From the human T2T-CHM13v2.0 reference genome, Homo sapiens, in the NCBI RefSeq assembly GCF_009914755.1, contig NC_060925.1: 64,000 nt of DNA; one strand, written 5' to 3'. The notes under the pieces were generated by a model, which did not search any database, had not been told where the DNA came from, and was given only the letters and a program-made list of their open reading frames with translations. How positions within the stretch are numbered: position 1 is the first letter of the stretch; every line of letters begins with the position of its first letter. Of the stretch, positions 1 to 15,644 are shown one piece after another. A program made the translations under genes and the position numbers.

Positions 1-100
1 CCACAATTGAGTAAAATGAGAGGTTCAGTGTCTTGCCTTGGGTGACAGAGTTAGCACGTAACAAATTAGAGATTAAGATTTGAAAATTTCTGACCCTCCA
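1..100 (-). mobile_element. MIR remnant
   Basis: gagaggttcagtgtcttgccttgggtgacagagttag resembles the MIR core gagaggttaagtaacttgcccaaggtcacacagctag. Confidence 0.5.
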
Positions 101-2604
101 TGTGTTGTATTTTTTTCCATTCTCTAAAAAGCAACTACATTCTATTCTGGAAGAAGTTTAATTTCTGTAGAGGTTAAAATTATTCCTGAATATGAATTTT
201 TAAATATATTTTAGGCCTTTGAATTATCTATTTTATGGAACCCATATTGCATTCGCATGTAGTTTAAACCTTCCAATATTAACTGATACACATAATCCAA
301 AATGAATAATTCATTCATTCAACAAAAGTATTACAGATGCTTAATAATACCATAAAATAGCTGGTGCTAAGGCTAAAAAGAGTCAATAAGCCAAGGTTCC
401 TACCTTCAGTAACTTCTTTGTCATTAATACTTTATGTTATAAAGAAACATAAATATTAATAAAATATGTATATTTCACATATATGTTTAATATCCCCAAA
501 ATAATAATTTATGCTAGAGAAAATTCAAGTAATCTTTAAAACCTATCCAACTTAATCAACATGCTATGTTTATTTTGCTTTAGATATAAAGGAGCTTTCA
601 AGTCCAGTTCACTGTAGTTAATAAACCAATATAAAATTGCAAAGACATCAGGTTTATCCATAGTTACACAAGTTAAATTGAGAAAAATTTTATTAAAATA
701 GTGTTTTACAAAATATAGAGTTTAGTTCCAGGCAAGAAATTATTTAAACACAAAAAAACTTCAAGTCAAAGAGTGTTTTGTATGACTATATATAAACACT
801 AAACTTGTGTTCCCTAAAATGTGATGTTTTCTTTGTGTGGGAAGAATTAATTCACTTTGTCTCTACGCTACAAAGGAGTGAATGTCACAGGAGAAAAGGC
901 TTGAATTATTATAATCCCTAAGAGAAGTTATTGTAGATGATATTGGATAAGATGATTTCTAAAGGACCAATACCGTGTAACGAGGGAGTGGAATAGCCTA
1001 ATGAATTTTGAGGCGCCTTATGCAATTAATGGCTTGAAGTGCTGTCTTCTGCTGTCTTTCTTATTGTTGATATTAACTTTGTTAAAATTATTTATTTGCT
1101 TTGTCTTTAAATAGATTCTTAACCAGTAAAGCTTCCATTCTTCAATACATGCACAAAATCTTCCAATTTTAGGGTGTCATTTGAGAATGACAGCAGCAAT
1201 TTTTTTAATGCAATGAAAATCTCACAAATATCAGGATTGTTCAACAGAGTAGGAGTCCAATTGCTTTCCTAAGACTTTGTATTGGAAACCAAAAAATTCT
1301 AAAATAAAATGTTTTAGTTCATTTTTAGCTCACAAATACATGGCTTGTCTTTTGTGATAATCACAAGAGAACTTTTTAAAAAATGAATATACACAATACA
1401 TTTATCTAGTATATTTTTTTAAAAAGCTAGGTAATTTTCCAGACATTTTAAATGTATATTTCTTCAATTACGATACTTGTTATGTTATCCCTCTGAGGTC
1501 GGTAAGCACAACAGTCTTATTCTGGTATTACTGATAAGATGAAGGCAGACAGGGCTCAGATGACATATTTATTACAGCAGAGGAAATTAATGACAGCTCT
1601 AGGATCAAACTCAGAAGCTCTGGCTCACTTACCAATAGTTTGCATATTTGTTTAAAATAAAAATATCACACAGCAAACTGACTGTAAACCTCAGCAGTGC
1701 CTCTTACCATGGCACCTGAATTTTCTCTTTAACTTAAAAAAGAGCAATAACATCAACACACTTCTACTTCTTATTTTTCATAAAGTTTCTAAAAATGGGA
1801 AATAGTTTGGTACATCAGTGTATAAATCCTAACTGGAAAAGTTTTCAAGCAGTAAGTGCCTCAGAAAGCTAACTCAAACATTACACTACATATTGCTATG
1901 AAAGCTTCGGGGGAATTTGAGATTTGGATTGGACTGGGGAAAATTCTTTAACAGTCCATCCAGTTATAAATATTTTGTGTGGAGTTTGTCTTTATGTTTT
2001 CTCCCATGGATGTGTGTGGACATTTTTTTAAAAAAAGAAATCTTGAATTTTACTTTTAAATAGGACAGTAATCATGAATTTTAGGGGAAAAAACTGGATG
2101 CCTAAAATGAATTAAACTACCTAAAGATAACCATTTACTCCTTTTTTAGGGCATAGTCAATTCTATTCACCTTAAGTAAGCATACTGTTCATCATAAGAT
2201 AATAAAATGTAGATATTAGTACCTGAAATATTCCAATGTTCACAAATTTTAGTTCCTGAAACTAAATTTGCCTGTAACTGAGCTAAATAGGACAGAAATC
2301 ATCTTACCCAATCAGTGAAAACTGCAGATGAGGTTACAGGGATTATTCCAGCCCAATAATTTGGAAGAATTTATCCCCATTTCCACACACACAAAACAGG
2401 TTTTATATTGAGGGTTCTTCTCTTCCTTTAAATTGCAGACTACTGTAAAAGGATAGACTTTATTTATAATGTGACTTCAAAATTGGGACAATTTAAATCA
2501 AGTCTTATGTACAAAAGAATGGATGTTGGGAAAGGGGACACAGCAAGACTGGTGTGGTAAAGTATGGGGCAGTTTGGGAAGGGAAGTAACAGAAATGGCA
2601 ATAA

Positions 2605-2948
<344 letters not shown>

Positions 2949-4855
2949 ACAATTTTAGTTTTTAAAGCTAAAAAGAGGAGAATGATTAAAAAAAAAAAAG
3001 CATGAAGAGAAAATAGTTAAAGGAGAAGGTGGGTGAAATGGACATTGAGGGAAGTGCTACAGATTGATTTGCAAGTTTTTAAGAGTAGATGTTCCCGTGT
3101 CAACTCTCACCAATCATTCAGCTATATTAAGTACTCTAAATACACTGGAGGGTCCTTAAACAGTATTTGCTATAGAGCAGAATTCAGCATGTGAACTGTA
3201 ATCAAAGAATTTTAGTTTGCAAAAGTAATTCATTAACTCACCCTGTATGAGTCCCTAGAATGTAGTTATAGCAAAGCTTCTGGTACACATGTCCTCCCAG
3301 TGTGTATGTGTGTGGACATGTGTATGTGTGAGACACTATGCTCTATAAATCGCTAATTTACTCCACAGAAGATAGGAAAATATCCAGTGTATATAAATGT
3401 GAATTGTGTATTTTAGAATCTAGTGCCACCATAAATTTCACCCTTCTTTCCATATTAGTATTAAAATATTCATGTCTGCAATTTTCAAAGAATGTTGCTC
3501 ACAGCAACATCCTGACTGTCTATCCGTGGGTCAGTATCCCATGCTGCCTTAATGGTAGCTTTCTCTAGAGTGTCTTTGTGGCAATCAACGTGGAAGAAAA
3601 ATACAAAAGAAATATTACTCATCAGATATCCATTGTATCTACAGTGCTAGGTTTGCTATATAAAATATTCACAATGTTATTTTATATATTCAGAATAAAA
3701 AACAGGAACTTAAAATGTACATTTTGAGAGTATGTACCACATATAGACAATCTCTTCTAGTAGAAAAATAAAATTGTACTATAATTTTTGTTCTATAATA
3801 TCAAACACTCAGCCAATTATTATTTATTCCATGGCCCAAAAGTAAGATATATATATATTTCTTTTATTTTATAACTTTTTTTACATTACTATTTTTACTG
3901 ATCTTTTTATTTTTCATATCAAGCAATTAAACCCATGTTCTGTCTTCTGGCAAGGTGAATAAAAATTAAATATTCATTTAAATAATCTCCATGCTTATGT
4001 TCAACAACCCACATCTAAAATATTATTAATGTGTTAAATTATTAAACATAAATCACAGGACAAAACTTTCAGCTTGTAAAAGTCACCAAGGTAAGTCATG
4101 GAATCTCAGTGTCATTTAGTTTTTTATTATATAAATTGAATTTTTAAAAAGGCATGTAGAGTTCCTTCACATAACTAAAAATAGCTACACAAGAGTAGGT
4201 AATTATTTCATTATGCAAACGTGAAACAACACTTCATTGATTTACACAATAAAAAAAATTTTCTAAGAGTAATGTGAAGTATTTAGTTTCCAGTTTTCTC
4301 TTTGAAAGGCTTCATATATTCATTGGCATTTAAATACTCAGACATAAGACATATTTTCCTGTTGTGAAAATAGTGTGTGCACAAGTGTACTTACAAAGAA
4401 TAATACAAATGTGTTGCACATAACAAGAATAAAAGTTAACAATGAGGAATTTAAACATGAATATTCATTCAAAATAATTCAAGCATCAGGATAATATTAA
4501 TTTAGACTTTGTAAATACTGATTTTCACTATAAGCCCTGAAGATATTCATCAAAAACATGTTTGCTATGATTACGTTTTCAAGGAATTAAGAGATTCATT
4601 GAACAACAAAAATGTACCCTAAGACCCATTTGTTAATCTATTCACTCATAGCTAAAGCCTGTACCCTAGCAAGCAAGCATGATCTTTTCTGCAATGTCTA
4701 ACATAAACTATGGCACTTTAATAAATGATCACATTTGAAAACGTAAATGCACTTCTCTCAAGGAAAGATCAAATAGAACTCTTGTTTAATTCATGTTATG
4801 AATATACTTTTCAGTTCAAATACTCTTTCAAGATGTTTTCCTGGTAAAATTCATA

Positions 4856-4882
4856 TATCATATATATATATATATATATATA
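4856..4882. repeat. (TA)n microsatellite
   Basis: Direct reading. Confidence 0.9.
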
Positions 4883-6242
4883 AACATATAGGGAGTGAGT
4901 GTGAAAAACTCTGTTGGAGAAGTTTTACACTTTGCAAGTCCTGTAATGAGAGTCAGAGAACGCCATCAGGAAGACCCATAAGCCTGTGTGAAGTGAGACT
5001 TACTTATTTTAATGAAAAGCACTCTCACACACCTCATTTGTAGAATTATACTGAGCAGTTTAAATTCCTCATCTGTCACTTAGAGGTTAGGCTTATTGAA
5101 ATGCATCCTGGACCACAGACTGCCTTTTTTCCTTTCTCTTGTTTTTACTACTGCTGAGTTTTTGTTCTGAAGGCCATTGATTGGTTCTGACAAGAAAGTA
5201 AGGCCCTACAAACAATCTTGTGAAAGACCCATTGTTAGTGTCATCAGATGTCTTGGTGTACTCCTATGTGAATGAAATTGTGAAATGATAGATGTTCTGA
5301 GGGAGAATTCTTTCAGGCTTGTAACGTTATTTCAAAGTTTAAAATTTATCTCCTTATTTAGATGACCAATAGCTTGTCTCTGGCTTGACTATTGTTGATT
5401 AATTGGTCTAGAAAAACTAGTAGTAAAGCTTCTGTATTTTTCTAAAGATAAATCCACCAGAACAAACTACTCAAAGTCAGTAGAAAGAAAATACAATAAG
5501 CTGTAAAGTATGCCCTGGCTGAGAAAAGGGACAACAAAACTTTTGTAGATCAAAATGTGAAAAATACAATTACTTATTTATAGCTTGTCGGGTGTATTCC
5601 CACAACTCGTTTTGTTTCTGTTTTCCAGAACTTCAGGAAGATTTTGAAACACTCCCACCAAACCAGTCTCTTTCTCATACCTCAGTTGTGCTCCAGACTT
5701 AAAACAATGTATTTATTTTGTTTTAAAGTATCAAGAATTTCCATAGAAATTACTGAAATATTGAATATAGATTGTGGATGCTCAGTTAAATCTTTGTTGA
5801 ATTATTTGAAGGTGCTGTAATTTATTATTTTTATGAACTAGATTTTTTTGCTGTAAGTTTTTATACTTGTTTTTAAAATGACTCAAATCCTCTTTGGCAA
5901 ATATAGCACTTTGATCTTTAATAACTAAATGTTTATACAAATATAAATTAACAGTAATAATGTGCTGTGATGATCCTTGCTGTAATTATTTATGACATGA
6001 CCTAAAGAATATGTTATATTAATTATTTTCATAAATTTGCCAGCTACTAAGGTCTATTTTTTTATTTCTTTCCACTTCACTTTTCCCACATTTAACACTT
6101 AATACAGACCATTATAAACATTTGAACTGTGAAAATCTTCTGAACTATATTGATGCCTTAGTAAATTTCCTTGGAATATAAATTCAAAATATAAATTCCG
6201 AATTATCTAGCGTGAGCACGTCTAATCACTGACAAAGTCACC

Positions 6243-8097
<1,855 letters not shown>

Positions 8098-9419
8098 AAA
8101 GTCATCTTTATCTTTCCAGGTAAAATAAACAGATAGCTTCTTTTGGTTGTATCATTATGCAGTGATGCAGTTGAAAGATGACAGAAAACATTTTTTAAAA
8201 TAACATCAGAATCTTTCTTTTCCTATCATCTCATGGAAAAGTTTCACTCGCCTATCATATTAGCAATTCTGAAGATACCTTTGTGTTAAGATTGACAGTG
8301 CAGCACCACTACATTTCTGAGCAGTTTCGATATGCATTGGCATGCCCTAGGTTCATGTTACACAGTTGAGTACCATTTAGTGTAAATTTAATAGATCATT
8401 TTATTTGGGTGTAATTAGAATTACAAATATGAAGAGGAATAAAAAAGAAGCTTGTTGCTTATCAAATAATTTAACTAGTTTATGTAGTTTTAGAAATTCA
8501 AAATTTACCTATTTGAAAAAATAATTTTCAAACATGCATAAAACATGAAGTATGAGATTTCTAATTTTAAGAATCTGATAAATTATTATATAGAAATTGT
8601 AAACCTAGCATAAAGCTTACAGAGTTTACATATTTTATTTAAATATCCTATTGCTACTAGGTGCATGTGGTTGTTATGAGTCATATATTTATTAAACATT
8701 CATATAAAACCTAGCAAAAGTATGTTCTTGGCATTTTTGGAACTTAAATCTTATGACTGCCACATTATTATATAAAGATAGACACAATCCAATATTTTAG
8801 TTGGGGCCAGTAAATTAAGACATATAGAATTTTTTTTAATTTTAATAAATTACAATTTAAATAAAGTTAAATAAAAGTCTTAAATTGAATACAATAAAAC
8901 TTTGTAAAATAAATGTTAACATCTATATATAAACATGTATAAAATCTTGAAGTATTTATGTTGTTAGTTTCAGTTTACATGTTGAAAGTGTCTTGACCAT
9001 TAACATATTGACATAGTGGCTGTTCTTATTGACTGATGAAGAGATTGTTTCACTCATTTATTCATTCATTAAGCCAACATATATTTAGAACCCCATACTA
9101 CAGAATAGGAATTTGACAGTAAACTTTCCCTGGGTTATCTACTACTAGAGCACCTCTACATTCAGCAAAATGTCTCCCATACTTATTATTTTTGAAAGTC
9201 CCCAAAACATAGCTTACAAACAACTCATTTCTGTAACCAATAGCCATATTCTTCCATTCTTGTACTTGCCCTTATTGTAATACGTTGCAGGGGCATCAGT
9301 TCTTTTGTTTTCATCAATTATAAATATGATGAAATATTAAAGATGAAAAACAACAACTTGATTATCGGGGTCATCAGTATGTAAAATAACAAGGTGTTCT
9401 TTAAAATATATCTTTTAAA

Positions 9420-10235
9420 ATGTATCCAGAATCCACTCACTTCTCACTACCTCTACTGCTGCCACTACAGGTCTGTCATCATCATCCCTTATCCCTAAAT
9501 TACTGTAAAAGCTCTCTAGCTGGCCTTGCTATTTTGATTCTTCCTCACTCTCTTCATTTTCACAGAGCTGCCTGACAGCATATCATTCTTCTGCTCAATA
9601 CCATAAAGAAACTTCCATTTTATTCAGAGTTAAAGCCAAATTCTTATAACGGCCTAAGACCTGGTTCTTCATGACTTCTCTGACTTCCTCTTCTATTCTC
9701 ATCCTTGTCCATTCCAGCTGCACTGGCCTACTTTCTGTTCCTCAAAAATCCTTTGTACACTCTGTCCCTAAGACATATGCCCTGCTCTTCTATCTTCCTG
9801 CCACCCTCTTCAGTCAAACCACTTCTTGAATAACCCTTGTTCCTCCTTCAGGTCTTTGTGTAAATAGCATTTCCTTGATGAACAGAATATTTAAAATGGC
9901 AACCCTTCTCTAGTCATCTGAAGCATATATCACCCTCTACCATTGTAAATAATTTACCTATCCGTTTTGTCTATGGTTAAGGGCTTATCTCATCCACAAG
10001 AATTCGGTTAATTGCTTATACTACATGTTCCCATTTCACTTTCTACTTTCTTTGCCATATTATTATATGATATGATAATTGCTTGTTGAAATTCAGCCTG
10101 ATCAATAAACTGCAAGGGTGGGATCATGGATTTTTTGAAATCCATGCAAATAGTGAGGACTCATTAAAATGTTAAATGTGCTCGCTGTTAAATTCATTCA
10201 TTCATCATTAAATGAATTCATTGTTAAATGAATGT
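9420..10235 (+). mobile_element. L2 3' region remnant
   Basis: atccagaatccactcacttctcactacctctactgctgccac..., cagagttaaagccaaa and a terminal gttaaatgaatg resemble L2a/b. Confidence 0.65.
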
Positions 10236-10409
10236 TGAATATAATGTCAGATTTAGCATGTTGCATTAAAAAATTTAGCATGATGCATTTAAGCCTTTTA
10301 GCAAGGCTTAAAGATGGAAAATATTTTTTAGTAAATAAACACTTAGAGATTTAGATCTTGATTAACTTTTTTTCCATGTGCCTGGAATGAGTACGTTCTT
10401 ATCTATTTA

Positions 10410-10417
10410 TGTGTGTG

Positions 10418-10470
<53 letters not shown>

Positions 10471-10473
10471 ATA
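10410..10473. repeat. Compound (TG)n(TA)n(TG)n microsatellite at the 3' end of the UBE2V1 retrocopy
   Basis: Direct reading. Confidence 0.9.
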
Positions 10474-12303
10474 TTAGAACACAATAAATACTTTTAAGGA
10501 TGAGTCTCACATTTTTAGTATTTAGTAGTCCTGAACAGACACTACAGTTTGCCAGGAAGTCAAGCTTACCAATTTCCAGGATCTGCCATGTACAACAAGT
10601 TATTTTTTAATCCCTCTGAGGACTGTGAGAAGGAATAATACCAACGTCTATGAATACACCAAATTCAAGGCTCTATGTTTTCCTGTTGTCATATTCTAAA
10701 ACAGGCTCAAATATATTGCAAAGATGACCAAATGAGAGCCCTGTTTGTTTAAATTTTTTAATATTTAAAAGGAATTACAGGAAAATAAAATTTATTCACG
10801 TATGCATATATGTGCTGTCTTTTCTTCAAGTTTAACCACCAAATGCTTTGAGAGCTGGCAAGTCTGAGTAACACTGGTATCTGTTCTTTTTTACCATATC
10901 AAAACTTGAGCTTAAAAAAATTGTATCAGCTGATGATGACAGTAGAATGTGGCAGGGCTGAGAACTCAATATTCATTTCCCAGGCTAATAAAAAGTAAAT
11001 AAATATTCTGAAACAAAGGAAGGTCAGAGACTCTTTCCTACCTTATCTAATAGCTATTGCTATTAGATATTCATGGAAAATGGTGGGTACTAACAATATA
11101 AAAATGGACTTGAAGATAAGTCCATCCTCAGGCACCCCTAAATAAAAGATAAAGCTGAGAGGAGAGAAGATAGAAAAGCCCTGATTTTTCTCACCTAAGG
11201 CCAATTTCGGAGGAGGCAGAAGGGTAACAATCTATGCTTCAGCCAAGGGTAGTAAGTGGAAGAAAGTAGGGAAAAGATGACTTAGAAGAGAGTCATCAAT
11301 TATGATTTAAGAAAAGAAACCAGGGGTGCAGATGTATTACCCTTACACACCCAGCAGTAGCCCCCACTGGCTGTGACCTGAAACCTTCACATCTAATCAA
11401 CAAGCCAGCCCAAGCTGGAGGGCTATTGTAGGGAATGAGGTAGGCAGGGAGGCAGGTGGAGTTAAAAGGAAAGGAGAGACTCCAGACAATGCAATCAGCA
11501 GCAAGGTGAGTATGAGATATATCTTTTCACATTTGTATTAGGTGTGTTCCACAAGTATAATGGGAATACATTTAAACATATTTTCTTGATTCTAGAAGTT
11601 CTTGATCCCAGAAGTTTACGTGAGCAGAGGTTATGCTCCATGGGATAATTTGGTATAGCAAAAATGTATTTCAAATGCACAAAAAAAAAATAGTATCAAA
11701 GTATTTTAAGATAAATTACCTTTGACTGTCAGCTTCCTTTTCAGTGCTTTGAGGTCTCTAAGACATATCTAGAAGATCTATTTTGTGGAAAATGAAGACT
11801 ACTTAAACCAAATGGAGGTGGAGGGCCTGTACCTTTTCTTTTTTATTTTATTATAACATTGTCCTTGCAATAACTAAGGAAGTTCCACGTTTTCTTTAGA
11901 CATCATTAGGTACCAACCTCTTGCAGGACAACTTTGATGCTATGTGAATTCTGTTATTTTGCTAGTACTGAATATTTAAAATTGCAGGCAATTTTCTTGG
12001 GCCTGCCACTCCATTAGAATTAGAATTATTAACTCCATTCATATTAATTTTTTTAAATATTACAGGGGGATGTGCTTCTGCTCATTTAAGTCCACATTCT
12101 CTTTGACTATATTCAGTTCTCAAAAATTTTTCTTAGAGGCACAATTATCATCCCTTTCCATCTTATAATTGCCATGTCTTCATCATCCTCCAGGCCCCAG
12201 CTATCTGTGCCATGTCTTACTGTTTCTGGACTTCTTTGAGTTCTTGCAACATTTGGAAATTAGAAAGACTTTTACTTCCAAGCCTGTGGTGGTTGCTGTC
12301 TTG
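10474..12303 (-). pseudogene. UBE2V1: Old processed pseudogene of UBE2V1 (UEV1): CDS remnant ~11850-12299 plus long 3' UTR
   Basis: The minus strand reads caagACAgcaaccaccacaggcttggaagtaaaagtc...agctggggcctggaggatgatgaagacatg...aaattaatatgaatggag...catagcatcaaagttgtcctgcaagag...ctaatgatgtctaaagaaa. This is colinear and intronless with recalled UBE2V1 mRNA (MAATTGSGVKV...SWGLEDDEDM...KINMNG...SIKVVLQEL...LMMSKEN). Start codon lost (ATG>ACA at 12297-12299) and frameshifted. Similarity continues through the UTR (cagcctgggaaatgaatattg, atcagctgat, tttggtcatc, tgttcagga). The symbol is that of the parent gene. Confidence 0.9.
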
Positions 12304-12536
12304 TAAACACTGTCATTGATGGTTGGCCTGATTATATTTAATGCATGAAATTAATAATGAATCTGTAATCTGTGACCACTAAATGCACTTAGTTTAACTC
12401 ATTCCTCCAGTTGGATGGTACTTCTAAGATTAACCATGTCACAAATAGATGTCACTAGTCACAAAGGGAACATAATTGAGGTGTCCTATTAGCAGTAAGG
12501 AGAGAGGTATTTAAAAAAATTCTGAAGAAAATAACA

Positions 12537-12909
<373 letters not shown>

Positions 12910-14817
12910 TTATCCAACTGTGTCATTTATAATCCAAATATGTATAATGTAATCTTTAGTTTTCTTATCTATAAGTTAAACTCAGTTTGTGTAAGTTTTA
13001 CATTGTGTAAGTATTGTTTAAAATGATGACTGCAAAATTATATTGCATTAGGGTAGAGTCATGACAGTAAATGAAGTTGGGCAATGAAAAGCAAAAGCAA
13101 AAGTTAGGAAGGGAACTTAGGTGAGAACAAATGTTTCTGATTTCCAGCTACAGAGGTTCTGCACATAGGCTACAGTTGATCACAATAGCTAACCACTACT
13201 AGTCCCTAACGGGAGCTTAAGGACATCCTGGTCATTTTATAAACAAGAGAAAATTGTGAAAAAATGGGAAGTTCTTAAATAGAAATTTAGAATATTCATT
13301 TATGCTTGACCCTATAGACACATCTCAAAAGTATAACATAAATATGACAGGTTCATGATTTGATTTTCCGTAAGATTTCTTGTTATACATGGAAAAATGC
13401 TTTTCTTAACTAAACAAATTCATAATAAATTTTAAAAATTTTCTACAGCCATAGTGGGAATTTGAAGTTATGGTAAAAACAATCTCTTGACTAAAGCTAT
13501 TATAATTTAGAAGTAACTAAGAGCTTCCTTTAGTTAACAAAACTCTTTTTTAAACCAGACAAAAAAAATCTTCCTTATTTTAATAACCATTATTCTCCTC
13601 TATTGTCCATAATAATTCGTCATTTTGCCATTTGATACAGCCTAGAAGTCAAGATCCCATCAGAGCCTGTCTTCTTTAAGACTACATATCTTTCCTCCAG
13701 GCTCCAGCTGTTTGACACAAAATGAGAAGTTCAATACAAAACAATCTAAAAAAAAATCTATGCATCTTCTGCCAAGTTTCCACATTATATCTCAATAACC
13801 TACTGTCAAGAAAATGTCAAACAATAAATAGACATCTTTTTCAGAGGTGAAAATTGTCAAGGGTCCTTTTATTTTCCCCTTTTATTAAAATAAGACTTGC
13901 ATAGATTTTTCTCTCTTCCGGTAAAAGAAGAGAATTTGTACTATCTCCAGGAAGTTTCAGAGAATTATTATTTTCCCATGAAATGAGTCAATAAAAGGCA
14001 CATAGCCATACTTAACTACATAAGTGTCAGCATTAGATTGAAAATGATGCGACATTTTATCAAGTTTTTTCTGAAGATTATTTGTAGCCATAGGGAAAGA
14101 ATATTAACATTGCTGAGTGTGTTGCAGAGATGAGGAAAACTTAGCACTTGCTAGTAAAACAGGGCACTTTGATTTTATTAAATTTACTGTACTTAAAATT
14201 CCTGCAAATATCTAATTTTAAATCCTCACTAAATATTCTGTATGGTCAATAGTAAATGTCCACACATTTAAGTAAATACTAAAATTATTTTTTCTTTCAT
14301 CACAATTATATTCTTTTATCCAAAATAAATTATATAAACTTATGTTCCCCAATAAAAATTATAGTAGTGGAAATGTGACTGTGGTAAGTAATATCCTGTA
14401 TACCCTAAATTGCCTGTGATGCCACATTCTTCAGATTCTCTGGAAATTAAAAATAAGTACATTTTCCTATGTACACATTGATTTTGGGCCCAAGATAACA
14501 ATCACTTAGTTCATTTATATTTCTTTCATATCCGGTGACCTTGATTTCAGAATGGATCTCTCATTTATGGATTTTCACTCCGTGCCCCCAGTTGAAAGAA
14601 TAAATTTTGGGGTTATAATAAAGAATAGAAGTTAAACAATATTTCCTACTTGGAGAGAGTAAAATCAGGGCAGAGACTCTGAGTTTAAAATATTCCTTTC
14701 TTTTTCTTTCATTCTGTCTTTTGTTTTTTATTGAAGTGCAAACATCCTAAGGGTAAAACCCCATGAATTTTTATAAAATGAGCAACCTTAGAAAACTATC
14801 AGCAAGATCAAGAAATA

Positions 14818-15117
14818 TGGTGGCTTGCTTCCATATTCCCAGCACTTTGGGAGGCCGAGGCGGGCAGATCACTTGAGGTCAGGAGTTCAAGACCAGGCTG
14901 GCCAACATGGTGAAACCCCATCTCTACTGAAAAAACAAAAATTAGCCTGGCATTATGGCAGGTGCCTGTAACCCTAGTTACTCAGGAGACTGAGGCAGGA
15001 GAATTGTTTGAACCCAGGAGGCGGAGGTTGTAGTGAGCTGAGATGGCACCACTGCACTCCAGCCTGGGCGAAAGAGCAAGACTCTGTTGCAAAATACAAA
15101 AAAAAAAAGAAAAAGGA
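14818..15117 (+). mobile_element. AluSx/Sz
   Basis: gatcacttgaggtcaggagttcaagacc; A-rich tail; TSD aagaaata at 14810-14817 and 15118-15125. Confidence 0.93.
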
Positions 15118-15287
15118 AAGAAATACAGCACACTCTTGTATCTCACAAGATCTCTTTTTGACCCTTCCTAATCACTGCTACTGTCCTCTTCACAAAAGGT
15201 AACCAATGTCATTAATTATAATGATATGGAATACTTATGAACTGTATGATATTTTATGGTATTCTATGGTGTTGTACGGTACATGTT

Positions 15288-15644
15288 TGCCATGGTTTGA
15301 ATGTGTCTCCCAAATTTCATATGTTGGAAACAATATAAAATAATATGTTAATTTGAGGTGGGGGCTTTGGGGAAATAATTAGGATTAAATAAAGTCATCA
15401 GGGTGTGGCCCTCCATGACAGACTGGTGGCTTTATATGATAAACCTGAGTTGACACGCAAGGTCTTGCCCCCCAGCCAAGTCATGTCCTTCTGCTTCTGC
15501 CGTGTTATGATGCAGTGAGAAAGCCCCCACTAGAAGCTGAGCAGATGCCAGCACCATGTCCTGAACTTCCCAGCCTCTTCTTTCTTCTTTAAATAAATTA
15601 TCCAGTCCATGATATTGTTATAGCAACAGAAATGGACTAAGAGA
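15288..15644 (+). mobile_element. MaLR solo LTR, MSTC-like
   Basis: Begins tgccatggtttgaatgtgtctccc and ends tagcaacagaaatggactaagaga; contains taattaggattaaataaagtcatcagggtg. Confidence 0.85.

Noticed and set aside
4050-4096. Exon ending at the strong donor aag|gtaagt (4090/4091)
   Set aside because: No convincing polypyrimidine tract or acceptor upstream; isolated donors are common by chance.
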